A stretch of DNA of 64,000 bases from Macrostomum lignano (GCA_002269645.1 NIVC01001157.1:256312-320311); one strand, 5' to 3'; counted from the stretch's first letter, positions 44,331 through 58,219 are shown. The notes: generated from the sequence alone by a model not told the origin. Translations and numbers: made by a program.

Positions 44331-46920
44331 GGTCGAACTGTGTAGTGGCATCCGCTCGTTTGGCCGGGCTCGGATTGCGGCACTGATAGCCTCGCCCAGT
44401 TCTGTTCGGCTGAACAAGCGAGGCGGCGATGAAGCGGGTGATGGGTGGCAAAAACGCGGCGTCGGAGGCGTGGGCGGTGTCGGAAAGTCGTCTAAATTTA
44501 CGACAACCGACTGCGGCGGCGGCGACAATACTCCTAAATACTGAGCAGGAGGCGGTGAGTTCTGATGAGGCGGCGTGTGTAAGACGTCGATCCGTGGATC
44601 GAAAAGAGCTGGCGGGGCCGCGTTTGGCGAAGCCTGTGCGCCTGGGGCCATCAGCTCTTGAAGCGCTGGGAGCAACTCCTCGCTGGGCTCCTCTTGTAGA
44701 GAGCTCGACAGGCTGCTGATTAAGTCGAGCACATTCCCGGCCTTATTCAGGCGCTGCTGCACCGGTGAGCTGCGAGCCGGTGGCTCCGTGGGTGGCTGCG
44801 CTGGTGGGTAACCAGGCCGAACTGGCGAGGTTGCGGCCTCCGCGATTTGTCAGTAGTTGGTAGCCGGGTACCAGCAGCAATCACCTGCGGTGGGTCAAGC
44901 CGGGGCTTGATGGCGGCGGCTCGCTCTCTGGCGACCGCTAGGCGATCGCTAAGGTGAGGCGGCTGCAGCGGTGCTTGCATTTCGTTGTACCAGGTTGAGG
45001 CTTGAATACCACTGAGCTCCTTTCAGTTTGGCGAAGGTTTCTTGAAGGTGCGGGATCGGGTACGGGTGCTTCAGCGTCACATCGTTGATCGCTCTGAAGT
45101 CGTGCACAATTCGAATCGTCTTGTCCTTCTTTGGTACTAGGATCATCGGCGAATTGTAGCTGGAGTACGTTGGCCGTATGATGCCCTTCTTCAGCATATC
45201 ATCGAGCATCTGATCCAATTGCGGTCGTAGATGCGGAGGTATCCGGCGAGGAGGAATCGCGATTGGCGTCGAGTCTGTGAGCACTATCTCATGAGTTACC
45301 AGGTGTGTCAGTCCGTGGTCCACTGGAGTAGAAAGAATGCCTTCTCGCATTCCTTGAGTAAATCTTGAACCTGGTGCCTCTGGTGGCTGTTCAGCTGGTC
45401 TCCGATGTCGACCTCGTTGATCCAACTGTCAGTCGTTTCTTCAGCCGTTAGCAGTTGACGGACTTCTGGCTCATTCGACTCGCTGAAGTACTCGAGGTCC
45501 TGGGTCTTGAGTGGCGTAACTCCCATTAGCATGTTGCGACGCAAGTGAACCTCTGTATCTGATGGGTTAAGTACTTCCATCACTCCTCGACCTTCTGTCA
45601 TCGTATGCAGGACCGGGGCTGCGTCTAACTGGTGATGCTTCGCTTGCAGTCCTGATTTGAGTGGTTCGATAATCATCGGTGAACCGTAGTTCTGCTGATG
45701 ACCTTCGGCTAGTTTAATGGCGACGAGGCAGGAACATTGAGGCGGCAGAGTGCATTTTTCAGCGACGTACACTCGGCAGGCCTTCAGTTCTCTCCTTGAA
45801 TAGCGTACCGGAAGTCGGGTGCCTTGTCGAAATGTGAGCATTCCTTGCTGGAAGTCTAGTCCTTGGCAATGACTCCGCATGAAATCAATTCCTAAAAGAT
45901 TTTCACAGTCTCCTTTGGCGACGAAGAATTCGGTTTCCGCGACATAGTCCCAGAATTCAACTAATAGGATAACCTTGGCGGCGAGACTTAACTCGGTCCC
46001 GTCGTACATAGCGACTCAGTTAGGGTAAGCAGGTGCAACTATACAACGTGGTGGACGACGCCTAATGGCGGCCCAAGTGGACGCTCCGAGGAAGTTTCTT
46101 CTGCTTCCGCTGTCTAGCAGAAAAGCGACCTCTCGTCGAGCCACTCGTCCTGTAATAAATGGATCGGCGTCATGCGCATGGACTGTATTTACAAAGGAGG
46201 CGTTCACGAAACCTCCATCGACCGTTTCTTCGATTACTGACGACTCGGACGAGTCAGCTACCGCCGCTCCGGGGCCATACTCTTCCGGGTAGTGTTCGGG
46301 TAGTGTTCGGCTGTGGCTTGCTGTGCCAACGTGTTGAGTAGATGCTGCCGCTGCTGCATCATTGCAGATTGTTGCTCAACGACTTTTTCCAACTTCGAAA
46401 GGGCGCTGTTGTTGGGCTCCTTTGAGGCTTGTCCCTTCCCGTCCAACATTCTGACCGGGGGCTCGTTTGAACGATGAGCCAGGTCTTTGGCTAGTCCATC
46501 CTCTTCAGTGCTCGCAATGCTTCGCTGAGTGTCGTAGGTCGGATCCAGAAAAGTTTCTCGCGGCAGTCTGATTGAAGAGTTGATTCGGGAGGTGATCAGT
46601 CACCCGAAAACTCCCACTTCCAGACACTTAAGCCTGGGAACAAAATCAGTGATCACTTACTGTGGCGGGCTCTTCTTCTGTGTCGGGCAGGTTCTACGAG
46701 CTCCTTCCTTGTTTCTTCTTTGTTGCGCGCGTTTGTAGAGTTCGCTTCTTCCAATCTTCTTCTCCGGAGGAATCTTCTTGAAGTCTTCGAAGTCCAAAGT
46801 CGGCCGAGAGTGAGAGCAGAACAGTGAAGTTGACGTCGAAATATCTCCTTGAGTGCGGGATTCAGTACGTTTCTCGAGTGTCAAATCACTATCAACAGTG
46901 CGCCCTAATAAGCTCAAATT
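44330..46920 (-). mobile_element. Internally deleted Ty3/Gypsy retrotransposon (gag, protease, RT N-half, 3' region)
   Basis: Protease VAFLLDSGSRRNFL; RT THEIVLTDSTPIAIPPRRIPP...YNSPMILVPKKDKTIRIVHDFRAIND...HPYPIP; RT truncated at ~44990. Confidence 0.85.
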
Positions 46921-48378
46921 CTAACGCGAGGTCCTCCAAAGGGGGCGTCTTCTTCTAGATCTAACGGAATCGGAGTCGTGTGCTCCTATCGGTTAATCTA
47001 GGATAATCCAAATCAACAGTCAGTAATCCTCTAAGGGTATCGGAATCGTTCCGCAGATCCTATCCAATCCCTTAAGAAAATGGGAGGCCTCGAATAGTCT
47101 CAGTAAAGTCAACGGATCAGCAACGGCCGGCCGGCAATAAAATCGCTCTCAGTAGTATAGGAAAAGTAGGTTTGAGCGCAACCCATTTTGAAAAATCACA
47201 AAAAAACAGATAAAAATCGACTAAAAACAGGTGAAAATTGTCTGAAAACAGTGATTTTAGTGATTTCAAAACTTTTGAAAAATTGCTTTTTGCGCGATTT
47301 CGTGACTAAAACCACAAGAAAGTTGTGATTCGTGGGTTAAAATAACCTATTTTCAGGTTTAATCATTTCAAAACTAGCATCAAATTTAATAATAGTCATT
47401 TCTCCCATTGCATAACGCCCTTCAATAAGCCAATCTTACTAGCTTTGCTTTTAACGATCAGTCAGCTACCATCTATGCATAAAAATTGTCCACTCGAGGC
47501 AATACAATGCTTCTACAAAAGTCAATAATTTGCTCCACATTCGCTTTGTCCCGAGACTTTAAAATGGCTTTAATGCTGTTTTAGATTTTTACTTAAAGAT
47601 AATAGAAGACATTCAAGAACATGGAGTGCTTATTTAAATTTTTCGTGGCATGCATACTCGACTACTAGAGCACTAACCGCAGCACTCAACATTTCTATTG
47701 GCTGCCTAAATTTCTGCCAAAACCAAAATGTTTGCCAAAATTTCTGCCAAAAAGTGTTTGGTTTTGGCATCCAATAGGAGTGGCTCGTGCAAATCTTTTG
47801 TGTTCACCCTCTATCTAGCTGTAAAAAAGACATGAAGTGGGCCACGCAAGTTACAAACGAACAATGCTCGCAACCCTACCTACGGACGATTTCACTAACC
47901 CTTTTCTAAATTATGTATCTTAAAAATGGAACAAAAAGTATGAGAAATTCTCCTCAAAGCAATTGTTATATTGTGACTCAGCTTTAACGTCGTGCGAAAC
48001 CCACACTGAGTGGTCAAATAGTATGGTCAAATAGGCTCTCGCAGGAACTCTAACAATTGGTCAAGGACAGCTTCCATTACATAAAGTTAAATTTAATTCA
48101 CGTAAATCAAAATTGCTTTAATGAAAATTAATTATAAAAATTTAAAAAAGATAACAGCGGAGATACTATTTTTTCACTCCTTAAAATCCGTTCTTAGGTT
48201 ACACTTCGCATAACTTATGCAAATAATAATAATGGTTTTGTATTTTAAATATTAAAGTAGTGATTATTAAAACAGAAACAAAAAGTCCTCAAACGCCTAT
48301 GAAGAACAAAATTAAAACATTAGAGCAATTTATTAATATTGACAAATTAGTCCATGGTCACCACAAGTCATCAATCAT

Positions 48379-48912
48379 CTAGTTTTGGTTAGGTGATGAA
48401 GCAGCAGTGCCTCGGATGTCAGCAGTGCCTCGGTTGTCAGCAGTGCCACGGTTGTCAGCAGTGCCTCGGTTGTCAGCAGTGCCTCGGTTGTCAGCAGTGC
48501 CTCGGTTGTCAGCAGTGCCACGGTTGTCAGCAGTGCCTCGGTTGTCAGCAGTGCCTCGGTTGTCAGCAGTGCCTCGGTTGTCAGCAGCGATCTCATAGGG
48601 TGGTGGAAGGCTATCTTCTTCAGTATCCAAATCACCAATCGCTTGCATGGCTTGAGATTGGCTTTGATAGGATAGTGCAATAGCTTGCATGCTTTTTCTT
48701 TTTGACACATTTTCCTTCAGAAGCTTCAGGAGCTTATCCTCCTCCGTAAAGGACTTGAATGTATCTAAACCTTGTAGCTTATTGATTAGTCTCTCAGAAT
48801 CTAGATCTGCAAATATAGTTAATGGCATGAGCCTTCGAATCTTTTGCTTTGTGAGTTCGAATTCCTTTCGATGATCCCTATATCTCTTGCGAAGTTCATT
48901 TTCGGATGGCAT
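48379..48912 (-). CDS. Orphan protein (177 aa) with PPPY motif and (ADNRGT)x10 tail; copy in left arm
   Basis: Intact ORF, 18-bp in-frame repeat GCTGACAACCG(A/T)GGCACT; identical protein at 59028-59561. Confidence 0.55.
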   Translation of the reverse strand: MPSENELRKRYRDHRKEFELTKQKIRRLMPLTIFADLDSERLINKLQGLDTFKSFTEEDKLLKLLKENVSKRKSMQAIALSYQSQSQAMQAIGDLDTEEDSLPPPYEIAADNRGTADNRGTADNRGTADNRGTADNRGTADNRGTADNRGTADNRGTADNRGTADIRGTAASSPNQN

Positions 48913-49720
48913 GTCTATTAAAGCTTTTTATTGTTGCAATGAATTTGGAGAGAATTATCAGCCATCTTTCCAAATTCATTCCTGTATTAATATTATGTTA
49001 AAATACAAAAGCAGCGCATAAACTCAATTCTCATTGGTGCCTCATTGATGACAACCAATGAGAAAGCGACACCGGGTGAATGGAATGCAACTTTGCAGGC
49101 TCATGCCAGATGCAGAAAAAATTCTATCCACATGAGTCAGAATTGTAGTTACTTGAGATGCATGGCATTTTTTTCTGCATTTCTTCATTTCTAAGGCATT
49201 TTCTAGAAATAATGGTTTATTGAAGGCCATTTTTATAAAAAATAAATTTAAGTAATCTACATTTAAGTGTCCTATGAAAGGAGGTAGATTTCTCTTTTAC
49301 TAAGTTGGATGTGGCGCTTATCATATCAAAAGTTTCAAAAAGACCCTCTCCATTGTACAAGTCTAGTGGCTCACCTATCTTGCGTGAATCTATATTTAGT
49401 AACAAAAAACACAAAAGACTTTCAGACACAAAAGACCTCTCGTGAGCACAAAAGAGGCTAGTTTATTTGAACTGCACAAAATGTCTGCCAAAAAGTTTTT
49501 AATTTTAGCATCCAATAAAAATGACTCAGGCAAGTCGCTAGAAAATGTACCACGTCAGATAGAATAGATAGGTATTAATGAATGATAATGTCTCCTTAGC
49601 ATCCACCCCAAAAACAGATACTGCAGTTTTCAAATTTGAGGTTGCTGCCAATTATGCTCACATCTGTCTCATTTAACAAATAGCTCACAGCACCCACCCC
49701 AAAAACAGATACTGCAGTTT

Positions 49721-50227
49721 TCAAATTTGAGGTTGCTGCAACAACTCATCCGCTGCCTCTTCATCCAGCTTCTTCATGACTTCCGGCAGATGTTGTATGC
49801 ACGACCGAATCTGATACAGTGATAGCGTGCAGACATGTAGGCGTGGATGTGCCTGTGCCAAACTCGCAAGCTTCATTAGAAAGTTGATCCACGCATTGCT
49901 GAAGCGGGTGGATTTCTTTAGTTCCTTGAACTGATTCTTCGAGAGATGACGCTTCATATTGTTGTAAATTGCTCCTGCTTGGATGCCATACTTGACTCCA
50001 TAGTTATTAAGACGCTTCAGCTTGTTGAATATCTGGATAAGTTGATCCTTTACAACATGAATAGTAAATCTACCAGTACAGAATTCTTCATTCGATGGAT
50101 CCCGAGCATCCACAGGTTCGCACGATGTGCGGAAAATCTTCTTCAGTTCCTCGATTCGAGCTTCTTTTTCATTAGAGGTTTTAGGTAGGCTATCCGTGAT
50201 AGTGGATAAAGGAAACCGTACTCTTGC
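49721..50227 (-). pseudogene. 5'-truncated copy of the 223-aa ORF at 57548-58219
   Basis: Arm boundary at 50227 removes the first ~55 codons. Confidence 0.75.
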
Positions 50228-50596
50228 TAAACCTAATTAAACCTAAATATTTATTTGAATATTTTAATATATTTTTACTTTTTGAGTTAGTAGTACTAGG
50301 TTTATCGTTTATGTCTATTTAATACTATTGAAATTCCCTAAGTTTATTAATTTATTTAGTATGTTTAATTTATCTAATCTAGTTAAAGCCTTGATAAATC
50401 ATCTTATAATTTTTATTGGGCTTTTATTTTATTCTTTATTTATATCTAGACTTAGTCCTATTCTATATTGTTTTATCATCAAGTATTTTAATGCTATTAG
50501 CCATTAATCATATTAATGCTTGTAACCAAATTAAATAAATGCTATTTTATTTTTTCAGCTAATTATTGGTCACTTCATTTCTAACCTTTCTTTAAA

Positions 50597-52569
50597 ATGG
50601 AAGAAGAGTTTTTTGATGCTTTGGCCACTTTCAATTGTTTGAATGATCTTGATGAGCATAATGTACCATGCCATGAAGAAAGTTTGTCAAGTGCTAATAT
50701 TGGCCCAAGTCAAAATGAAGAGCATTATCTAGTGGCCCATGATGTGCATGAACTAGGCATAAGTGATGAATCAACTAGTCTGGATAGACAAGGAGCAGCA
50801 CCGTGCTTTCTGCAATTGCCTAATGTATTGCAACTTGAGAGTAGTGTCCATCTGACAATGTGCATGGCAATAATGTACATTATTGCTAATCTTGGCTTGA
50901 CAGAATTAAGCATTGATTCTATATTACAAGTCCTAGCTGCTGGTAATTTGCTAACCCAGCCTTTAACATTAAGGCGAGTTAAGTCTATTGTACGCAAAGC
51001 TCTGAAACCAGAGATGTGGATCTCCATGAAGGAAGTTTGCACCAATGCTAGTTGTTCTAAATTGTTTCCTTCTGAAAAATGCTGTGGAACCATGACAAGT
51101 AAAAATGCTTATCTTGACTTCAAATTTCAACTACATCTGATTCTAGAACAGCACTTTCAAACAATCTTGGATTACTCAACAAGTAAAGAAATGAAGACTG
51201 ATATTCTAAAAGATGTTCCTAAAAGTATGGAACCTCTTATGATTTATTTTCATTTCTCAACAGATGGAGCAAAACTCTATTCATATTCATCGCAATCTAT
51301 TTGGCCCGTGCAAGCACCAATTTTGAATCTGCCCCCAGCATTACGGTCAAAGGTGGAGAACACAATCATGTTAGCTGTGTTCATTGGTGGACAAAAGCCT
51401 AAGTGGTCCGAATTCCTTGATGAATATCTGGCAAAAATTGGTTTTAGCCAGATGCACAAATTTTTAATTCACAACTGTATTGTTCCTGTCAAGTTTGAAA
51501 TTTTCGCAGCAGTTTTTGATTTGCAATGGCAAGTGTAATCAACCATAAAAGCTACACTGGTCAATTTGGATCTCTTTTTTGTGATGCTTCTGGTCATGGA
51601 GTTAAAGTTGGCAAAGGTCATTCTATGAAGTTTCCAGTCTTGGGAAATTTTGTCACCAATTCAATTTATAAGCAACGTCTTCAAGCAATTGTACAATCTG
51701 GCTGCAAATCATCACTTTTTGGTATTAAAGGTGTATCAATACTTTTTAGAGTTCTGTAGGATTCCTGAAAATGTGTTGATTGATTCACTTCATCTCTTGT
51801 ATGAAAACTGTACAAAAACAATTTTGAAGTATCAATTTGAAACTCAGAACTGGCAAAAGTCATTTTACCTTGGTCGAAGTCATGAGCCTATTAATAAACT
51901 ACTGCATAGTGCAATTGTGCCTGCATATTTAACTTTTCCTCACAATATTGAGGAGCGTGCTTTTTGGAAAGCTCGAGACTACAAATTTATTGCAATTAAT
52001 TTTTTCCAGTTTTGGCTCTTAACCTTAAGCAAAGAGACAAGCATGATCATGCTAATTCTCTGCTGCTTTTTTCTATTATTTGTCGAGTTTCAAATCATGT
52101 TGATGCCTCTTCTTATTCTTATCAGTTGGATAAAATAATACACTTTTTCCTATCAACTATTGGAAATGTTTTTGATAGTAACATTTATGCTATGAATTTT
52201 CATCTTCTTTTTCACATTTTTCCACAGATTAAAAAGTTTGGGCCATTAGGAAGGTGTTCTATGTTTTCATTTGAAAACAATTTTCTATCAATTAAAAAGT
52301 TTTGTCGAGGCACACGCTACCATCTGAAGCAGACTTGTGAAAAAACTATTTTAACTAAAATGTGTTCTTTGGTTGTTTCAAAATCAAATTTTGCTGGTAA
52401 AGAAAAACTTTTATCATTGCTTGACTTTCCAAGAAGTTGTGGTGGTACCAAGCAAATAGCATTTATTTCAAGCAAGTGTATTAGCATTGATGGTCATAAA
52501 ATGTATGCATTTAGTCCTAGTTCAAACAAGTCATGCTACTACTTTTTTTCACAATCATTCATTTGGTAA
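50597..52569 (+). pseudogene. CACTA/EnSpm-like transposase, frameshifted
   Basis: FSTDGAKLY...SQSIWPVQAPILNLPPALR...ENTIML...GGQKP; AVFDL...VINHKSYTGQFG..FC; IDSLHLLYEN; EERAFWKARDY; GPLGRCSMFSFEN. Confidence 0.78.
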
Positions 52570-53591
52570 GGTTTTGAATTTTTTAACAATGATTCAGTTG
52601 ATGCTCTTGTTCAACTGTATGATCCTATTGATGAGCCATTTTTCAATTTCCAGCATATTGATGAATCTGTTGCCAATGCCATTGATTTCTTTGTAAATAG
52701 TTTTTTTTTTCATAGGTAAGCCATCAACAACTGAATGCATGTATCCTGTTTCGGAAATAAAATGTTCCTGTGTCGCCTATGTGAATCCCCAGTCAACACT
52801 TTTACTAGTTGATGACTTAGTGCCAGACTATGGGTGAAACCATTTTATTTCACTATTTAATTAAACACATTAGCATCGTTTTTGGTTGCCTAAACTTGAC
52901 TATTTTAAAACTGCAAAGTAAGGCTAATTCTGCACTAACTCTATATCAGTTTTGTGAATTTAAAAATAATCTGGCTTCACTTTTGGTGCTCCAGTTGGTT
53001 ATAATTTTTTTGAACAATGTCCAAAAGCATTTTCTAACATTCTTTGCAACTGAAACTGTTTCAAACTCCTTTAAATGCTACCATAATTTTTTAAATTAAA
53101 TTTGCTATATTGTACAACCATTCATGAAAGCAATTGTTAATAAAGTGGATGCATATGGTAATAACTTGTGTTTACAAGTTGCCTCTACTTTTTTCTCCAT
53201 GTTTTCTTTTTAAGGAGATTAGATAGAGTGAAGTATGTCAAATTAAAATTACTCACTATTAAGGATGTGCAAACATAAATGAGCGCCCTCCCCCTTTCGC
53301 AGAGACTAGAAAAAAATCTAGAGGGGGCTAGCAAATTTTTGCCAAAATACAGAGCCACATCCTCCACCTCACTCCTGGGTCCACCACCCCCTTGAAAAAT
53401 TTGTGGTAGTGCTACTGGTTATATATTTCTTAAATAATAAATATTTTTTAATTTGTGCATATCAAATATATATGATAATCGAAATAATGAAATGTAACTT
53501 ATTTTGATTCTACTACACTTTATATTAAATGTAAATGTTTAAGACAGGTTAATTATATTTTTTTTTCAACCAAAATTTCATTTCAGCTGCA

Positions 53592-54795
53592 ATGAACCGG
53601 TTGCGAAGAGCTCCTAGGGAAATTGGTGATGCATTTTCCAGCGCCACATTCAACCATTTGCTACTATGGTTTAGCAAAACCAATCGCCATAGCGGTGCAA
53701 TGTATATTAACTCTGCTCCATTTCGGCATCTCTCTTCTTCTGAGAAGTCCAGGCTCCGAGAGGGACAAACTATCAAGATCCGCGACAGCGAAGGTTATCA
53801 CGAGGCCATTATCCTTAAGCTAGGCAGCTACAATGATATAAAAAAAGCTGAAGAACGCGTTGAAGAGTATGCTGAGTCAGGAATGGCTACAGACGCCATT
53901 ATTGAGACATTGGGTAATGACAATGAGGTGGAAAGTGAGAGCAGCGATGCTGACAGAATCGACAGCGATGACGAGGTTAATGACGAGACTTACGTACCGG
54001 CGCCCCCCCAAGGACAGAACTGAGCTGACAGCTGGCATTCATGAAAGAAGCGCAGCAACAGCGGTTGCTGCGACAGAGTGTCGTGAGCCGTCTGTGCACA
54101 AAGCTATGGCTGCTGAAATTGAGAAAGAGCAACATCTGCTTGCTAATTTTTCAAAAAGACCTCACCTCGAGGAGCACTCGTTACGTCATTTGCAATCTAG
54201 AAGTTCTGGGCCTATCTCAACGCCTCCCTGTGAAAATGAAAACACTTCAAGAAAGGCATCATCTTCTAGTGTCATAACACCAAATGCCACTAAAGAAACA
54301 CCAAAAAGGCAGTCCACAGCCGAGATCAATCAGCAGGCCACATCTTCAACACAACTTCTTCTGCTAGAAGCGCGTGTTCAAACAAGCATTTTAAAGCAAA
54401 TTCTCAACAAGACGGAAGAAAACAGTTTATTAATAAGAGACATTCTAGCCCCACGCGAGAAACTGGAGCGTGTCGATAAAATTTTTATCAGCCACGATGG
54501 TTCCAACTTCAGGCTATCGCAGCTACCGTCTCAACCTACGACTTTTGCACGTGACTTCGTTTTAAAAAAGTATGGCAAAGACTATTGCAAACAGGCTATT
54601 GTCGAGCCTAAGTCCAAATCCGAGCGTGTTGTCATGTGTCCTGAAGACGTCCAGGAAATAAAGGACCTTCTTTCCAACTGGTTCGAGTCATTCAGTTGGA
54701 GCGCTGTTCGCTCGTCTCTCAACCAGATGTTTAGAGATATGACAACTAAAGCTAAAAAAGCTGGCTCATCCGATCAGGATCCAGTCAAGGACTAG
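53592..54795 (+). pseudogene. Transposon accessory protein with a C-terminal BEN-like domain (frameshift in a C run at ~54003-54010)
   Basis: TFARDFVLKKYG...EPKSKSERVVMCPEDVQEIK...WSAVRSSLNQMFRD resembles BEN domains; acidic linker; candidate splice acceptor ATTTCAG at ~53581-53587. Confidence 0.5.
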
Positions 54796-56526
54796 CAGAA
54801 ATATGTTGGGAAGCATGCCAAGCTAACGCGTAAAGTTTTTAGTGAATTGAACATTTCTCTCAACAAAACATTAACATAGTAAATTTAAATCAAACGCAAT
54901 TTATTTAAGCTATTTTTTCTACTTTTTTGGCTATAAGAAAGTATAAAAATTGTATTGTTTGATTTTTTCAATTGTTTTTATTAAATATAATTATTTTGTT
55001 TCTTTTTGTCTGATTTTGTCTGCTCCCAGTTAAATACTACTCGTATTACAATAGCCATTTCGTTACATCCACCTATACTAAACGTCTTATTATACTATTA
55101 TTATTGTTATGGTAGCTAAAACTCCCGCTAAAAATTCTGCTGCTTCTTTGTTTGATTCGACTTGCCAGATTCAGCGCTGCTTTCAGAAACCAAAGAAGCA
55201 GCACAAAAAACTTTAGGGAAAATTCTTGGTGCGTCGTCTTTGTCTGCTTTCTGCGCTGATTCCGCACAATTTAAGTGGACTTCAGTAGCTTATTATTCGG
55301 TTACTTCTTTTACATTTTCGAGATATGGCTGCTATGGGCTGACTCCAGCCAAATTAGTTGCGGCAAAGACGTAAACGAATTTTTAGCGGGCTATTATACT
55401 GTACTTTAAATGGCATCATTATATTTATAATTGTAATAAATAAATTTATTCAATCTTTTCTTGCGCCAACAAACAACTACATTCATTTTAACCAAATGTC
55501 TTAATCTGAAGTTTTTATGGTCAATTTTGACAATAACTTTTTAGGTAAAGCTAAACTTTGGTACATACTCGTATATTTAAATAAACATGAATAATTTTAA
55601 CTTTTTTAGTTTAATTTATCTTCATGTGACGAATAAAGCGGAAGACTTTGTGTAGCGGATAATTGGGATTAATCTACGATCCAGCAGATCAGCAGCCGAT
55701 TTTATCCTTAGCGTGAATTTGCAGATTTAGTATATTTGGATCGGTACTTAATTTGATGCGCCTAGCAAGGGCCGGTCAGGATTCAGTTGATTGGTGGGTG
55801 GGCTGAGGCAGGCGGTAGAGGGTTAAGGTAAAGAGGCCAGACAGCTAAGGGACCCGCAAGCTTAGAGCGAGAAGCGAAGCGACGAAGCAAAAGGAGAGAG
55901 CGGCCGCTGACTGCAAGTGTATTTTATAATTGGTGAGTAAACAAGATAACAACAAGCTTAATCCAAAAACCAGACAAACCCCACTCAGGCGAAATGTACA
56001 TGTACAAATTAATCGATAAATATATCATACAAGAATAACATACGTCAGTACATGTACATAGGTAGGACTACTTTACGATAAATAATAACGATATGAATGA
56101 AATACAAATAATAGAATAAATACATAAGAGGCTACAAAAAACAAAGCAACTAACAGTAAAAATAGCGCGATAATAATACGTACGAATATTGTTAAAATAA
56201 ATGAAAGAATACGGTATGCATATGAAAATACAGAAATACGATACACGCGATTCTACGAATCACACTGTCACATTCATATTGACATTGTTCGTTATAAAGT
56301 AAAAATTGCATGCTGGATGAGATTTATAACAGTTTTAGTTATTATTTTCTTTATCCTTCCCTAGATCGATATGTGAGACGCCATACTATTTGTGTATAAA
56401 TAGCAAACGAAAAGGCGCTGATTGAATATCAATCATTTTTTAATAAAATGCAGTTTGAATTGCTTAAAATGAAGGCAGGTGAAGAATTGGGCACACAATT
56501 TTTACAAACCGGGGCTATGCTTCAAA

Positions 56527-56700
56527 AATAAATTGTAATTTGATTACAACTTCAATTGAAGAAAATACAAGAAAATTGTTTCACTTGTAAAAATTGCAAT
56601 TGTTCTGTTTGCTGCACAAATAAATTGTAATTTAATTACAACTTCAATTAAAGAAAATACAAGAAAATTGTTTTACTTGTGAAAATTGCAATTCAGAACA
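56527..56700. repeat. ~92-bp tandem duplication in AT-rich DNA
   Basis: AAATAAATTGTAATTT(G/A)ATTACAACTTCAATT(G/A)AAGAAAATACAAGAAAATTGTTT twice. Confidence 0.8.
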
Positions 56701-57547
56701 AAGTCTCACAATATAAAAAAATTGAAATTTAAGTATAATTTTCGGCAATTTAATATAAAAAAATTGCACAATTTTCGCAATTTGGCATGGCAATTTTTCG
56801 CAATTTTTTTATTTTTTGGGCGCCAAATGTACTTAAGATGCATGGCATCGCACTGCACAATGCACACTGAAAGAAACTATGTTCCCTTTTTATTCAAATC
56901 ACAAATGACTCAACATTCTTTCTAGCTTTTTTGCATCAAGAATGAAGCAAAGCAACTTACATGTACCTAACCCTAACAGTTTACCAGTTGAGTCAATAAG
57001 TTTTGAATATCAGCATGCTGCAGCAGGAATTGAGCACTTCTTAAACCCCAACTCTATTGTTCATTTTTCACAGAGAAAGGCAGCAACTCAACTAGCTCAA
57101 ATCTTTATAAATTTAAAAAAAGCGTAAACTGACTCACGTGCAGGGGCTGTAGAAGAAAAGCTAGCCGTGTGATTCAGAAGTATACGAGCTAGTTTGCTGA
57201 GAAGCTGAGCATCACACACTACACAGGTGATAGTCAAAGCAGAATGACACACTGTTGTCTGTAGCTTAAGAAGTAATTTGCAGTTTCCGCTAGCTTGCAA
57301 AATCTTGCTGCAGCAGGAATTGTACGCCCACCCTGCCCCAACTCAATTGTATCGTGTTTAAGTAAAATTGAAAATCTGGCAGAGCATCAAGACAGCTGGC
57401 TTTTTTTCTAAAATTTTAAAATCCATTGCCACTCAGCGACATTCTGCTTTAAGCTCAGAATTTACGAGTATCTGGTAAGTAAATTCAACCATCACCTACA
57501 TAACATATATAATATACTCGTAGAACGGATAATATAGACTTTCTCTT

Positions 57548-58219
57548 TTGACAATCCTCTTAGCGCCAACTCGGATACTAAAAATGGAAAACCAAATGGA
57601 AGTTGACAACGCGGACGAGTACTGCAAGAGTTTAGAGCACCTGCTGGAGTCAATTTTCAAGAGCGACGACTTGAGCAACTGGAAGGTGTGGGTTGGCAAT
57701 TACAACGCTATTGCAAGAGTACGGTTTCCTTTATCCACTATCACGGATAGCCTACCTAAAACCTCTAATGAAAAAGAAGCTCGAATCGAGGAACTGAAGA
57801 AGATTTTCCGCACCTCGTGCGAACCTGTGGATGCTCGGGATCCATCGAATGAAGAATTCTGTACTGGTAGATTTACTATTCATGTTGTAAAGGATCAACT
57901 TATCCAGATATTCAACAAGCTGAAGCGTCTTAATAACTATGGAGTCAAGTATGGCATCCAAGCAGGAGCAATTTACAACAATATGAAGCGTCATCTCTCG
58001 AAGAATCAGTTCAAGGAACTAAAGAAATCCACCCGCTTCAGCAATGCGTGGATCAACTTTCTAATGAAGCTTGCGAGTTTGGCACAGGCACATCCACGCC
58101 TACATGGCTGCACGCTATCACTGTATCAGATTCGGTCGTGCATACAACATCTGCCGGAAGTCATGAAGAAGCTGGATGAAGAGGCAGCGGATGAGTTGTT
58201 GCAGCAACCTCAAATTTGA
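57548..58219 (+). CDS. Unnamed Polinton-associated family, paralogue 3 (intact; likely ATG at ~57584)
   Basis: AAAAATGG start; LASLAQAHPRLHGCTLSLYQI motif. Confidence 0.55.
   Translation: MTILLAPTRILKMENQMEVDNADEYCKSLEHLLESIFKSDDLSNWKVWVGNYNAIARVRFPLSTITDSLPKTSNEKEARIEELKKIFRTSCEPVDARDPSNEEFCTGRFTIHVVKDQLIQIFNKLKRLNNYGVKYGIQAGAIYNNMKRHLSKNQFKELKKSTRFSNAWINFLMKLASLAQAHPRLHGCTLSLYQIRSCIQHLPEVMKKLDEEAADELLQQPQI

Larger units (their letters stand above)
47141..50227. repeat. Left arm of a 3,087-bp inverted duplication
   Basis: Reverse complement of 57713-60799 with only a handful of substitutions; AGTAGT at 47151. Confidence 0.95.

Noticed and set aside
48375-48710. LLTTEA, CLGCQQ and AVPRLS repeat ORFs (and mirrors at 59230-59565)
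   Set aside because: Alternative frames of the 18-bp repeat; only the ADNRGT frame has a long unique N-terminus.
55690-55990. Possible structured RNA or rRNA fragment
   Set aside because: Purine-rich, but I found no recognisable rRNA/tRNA signature or stable stem pattern.
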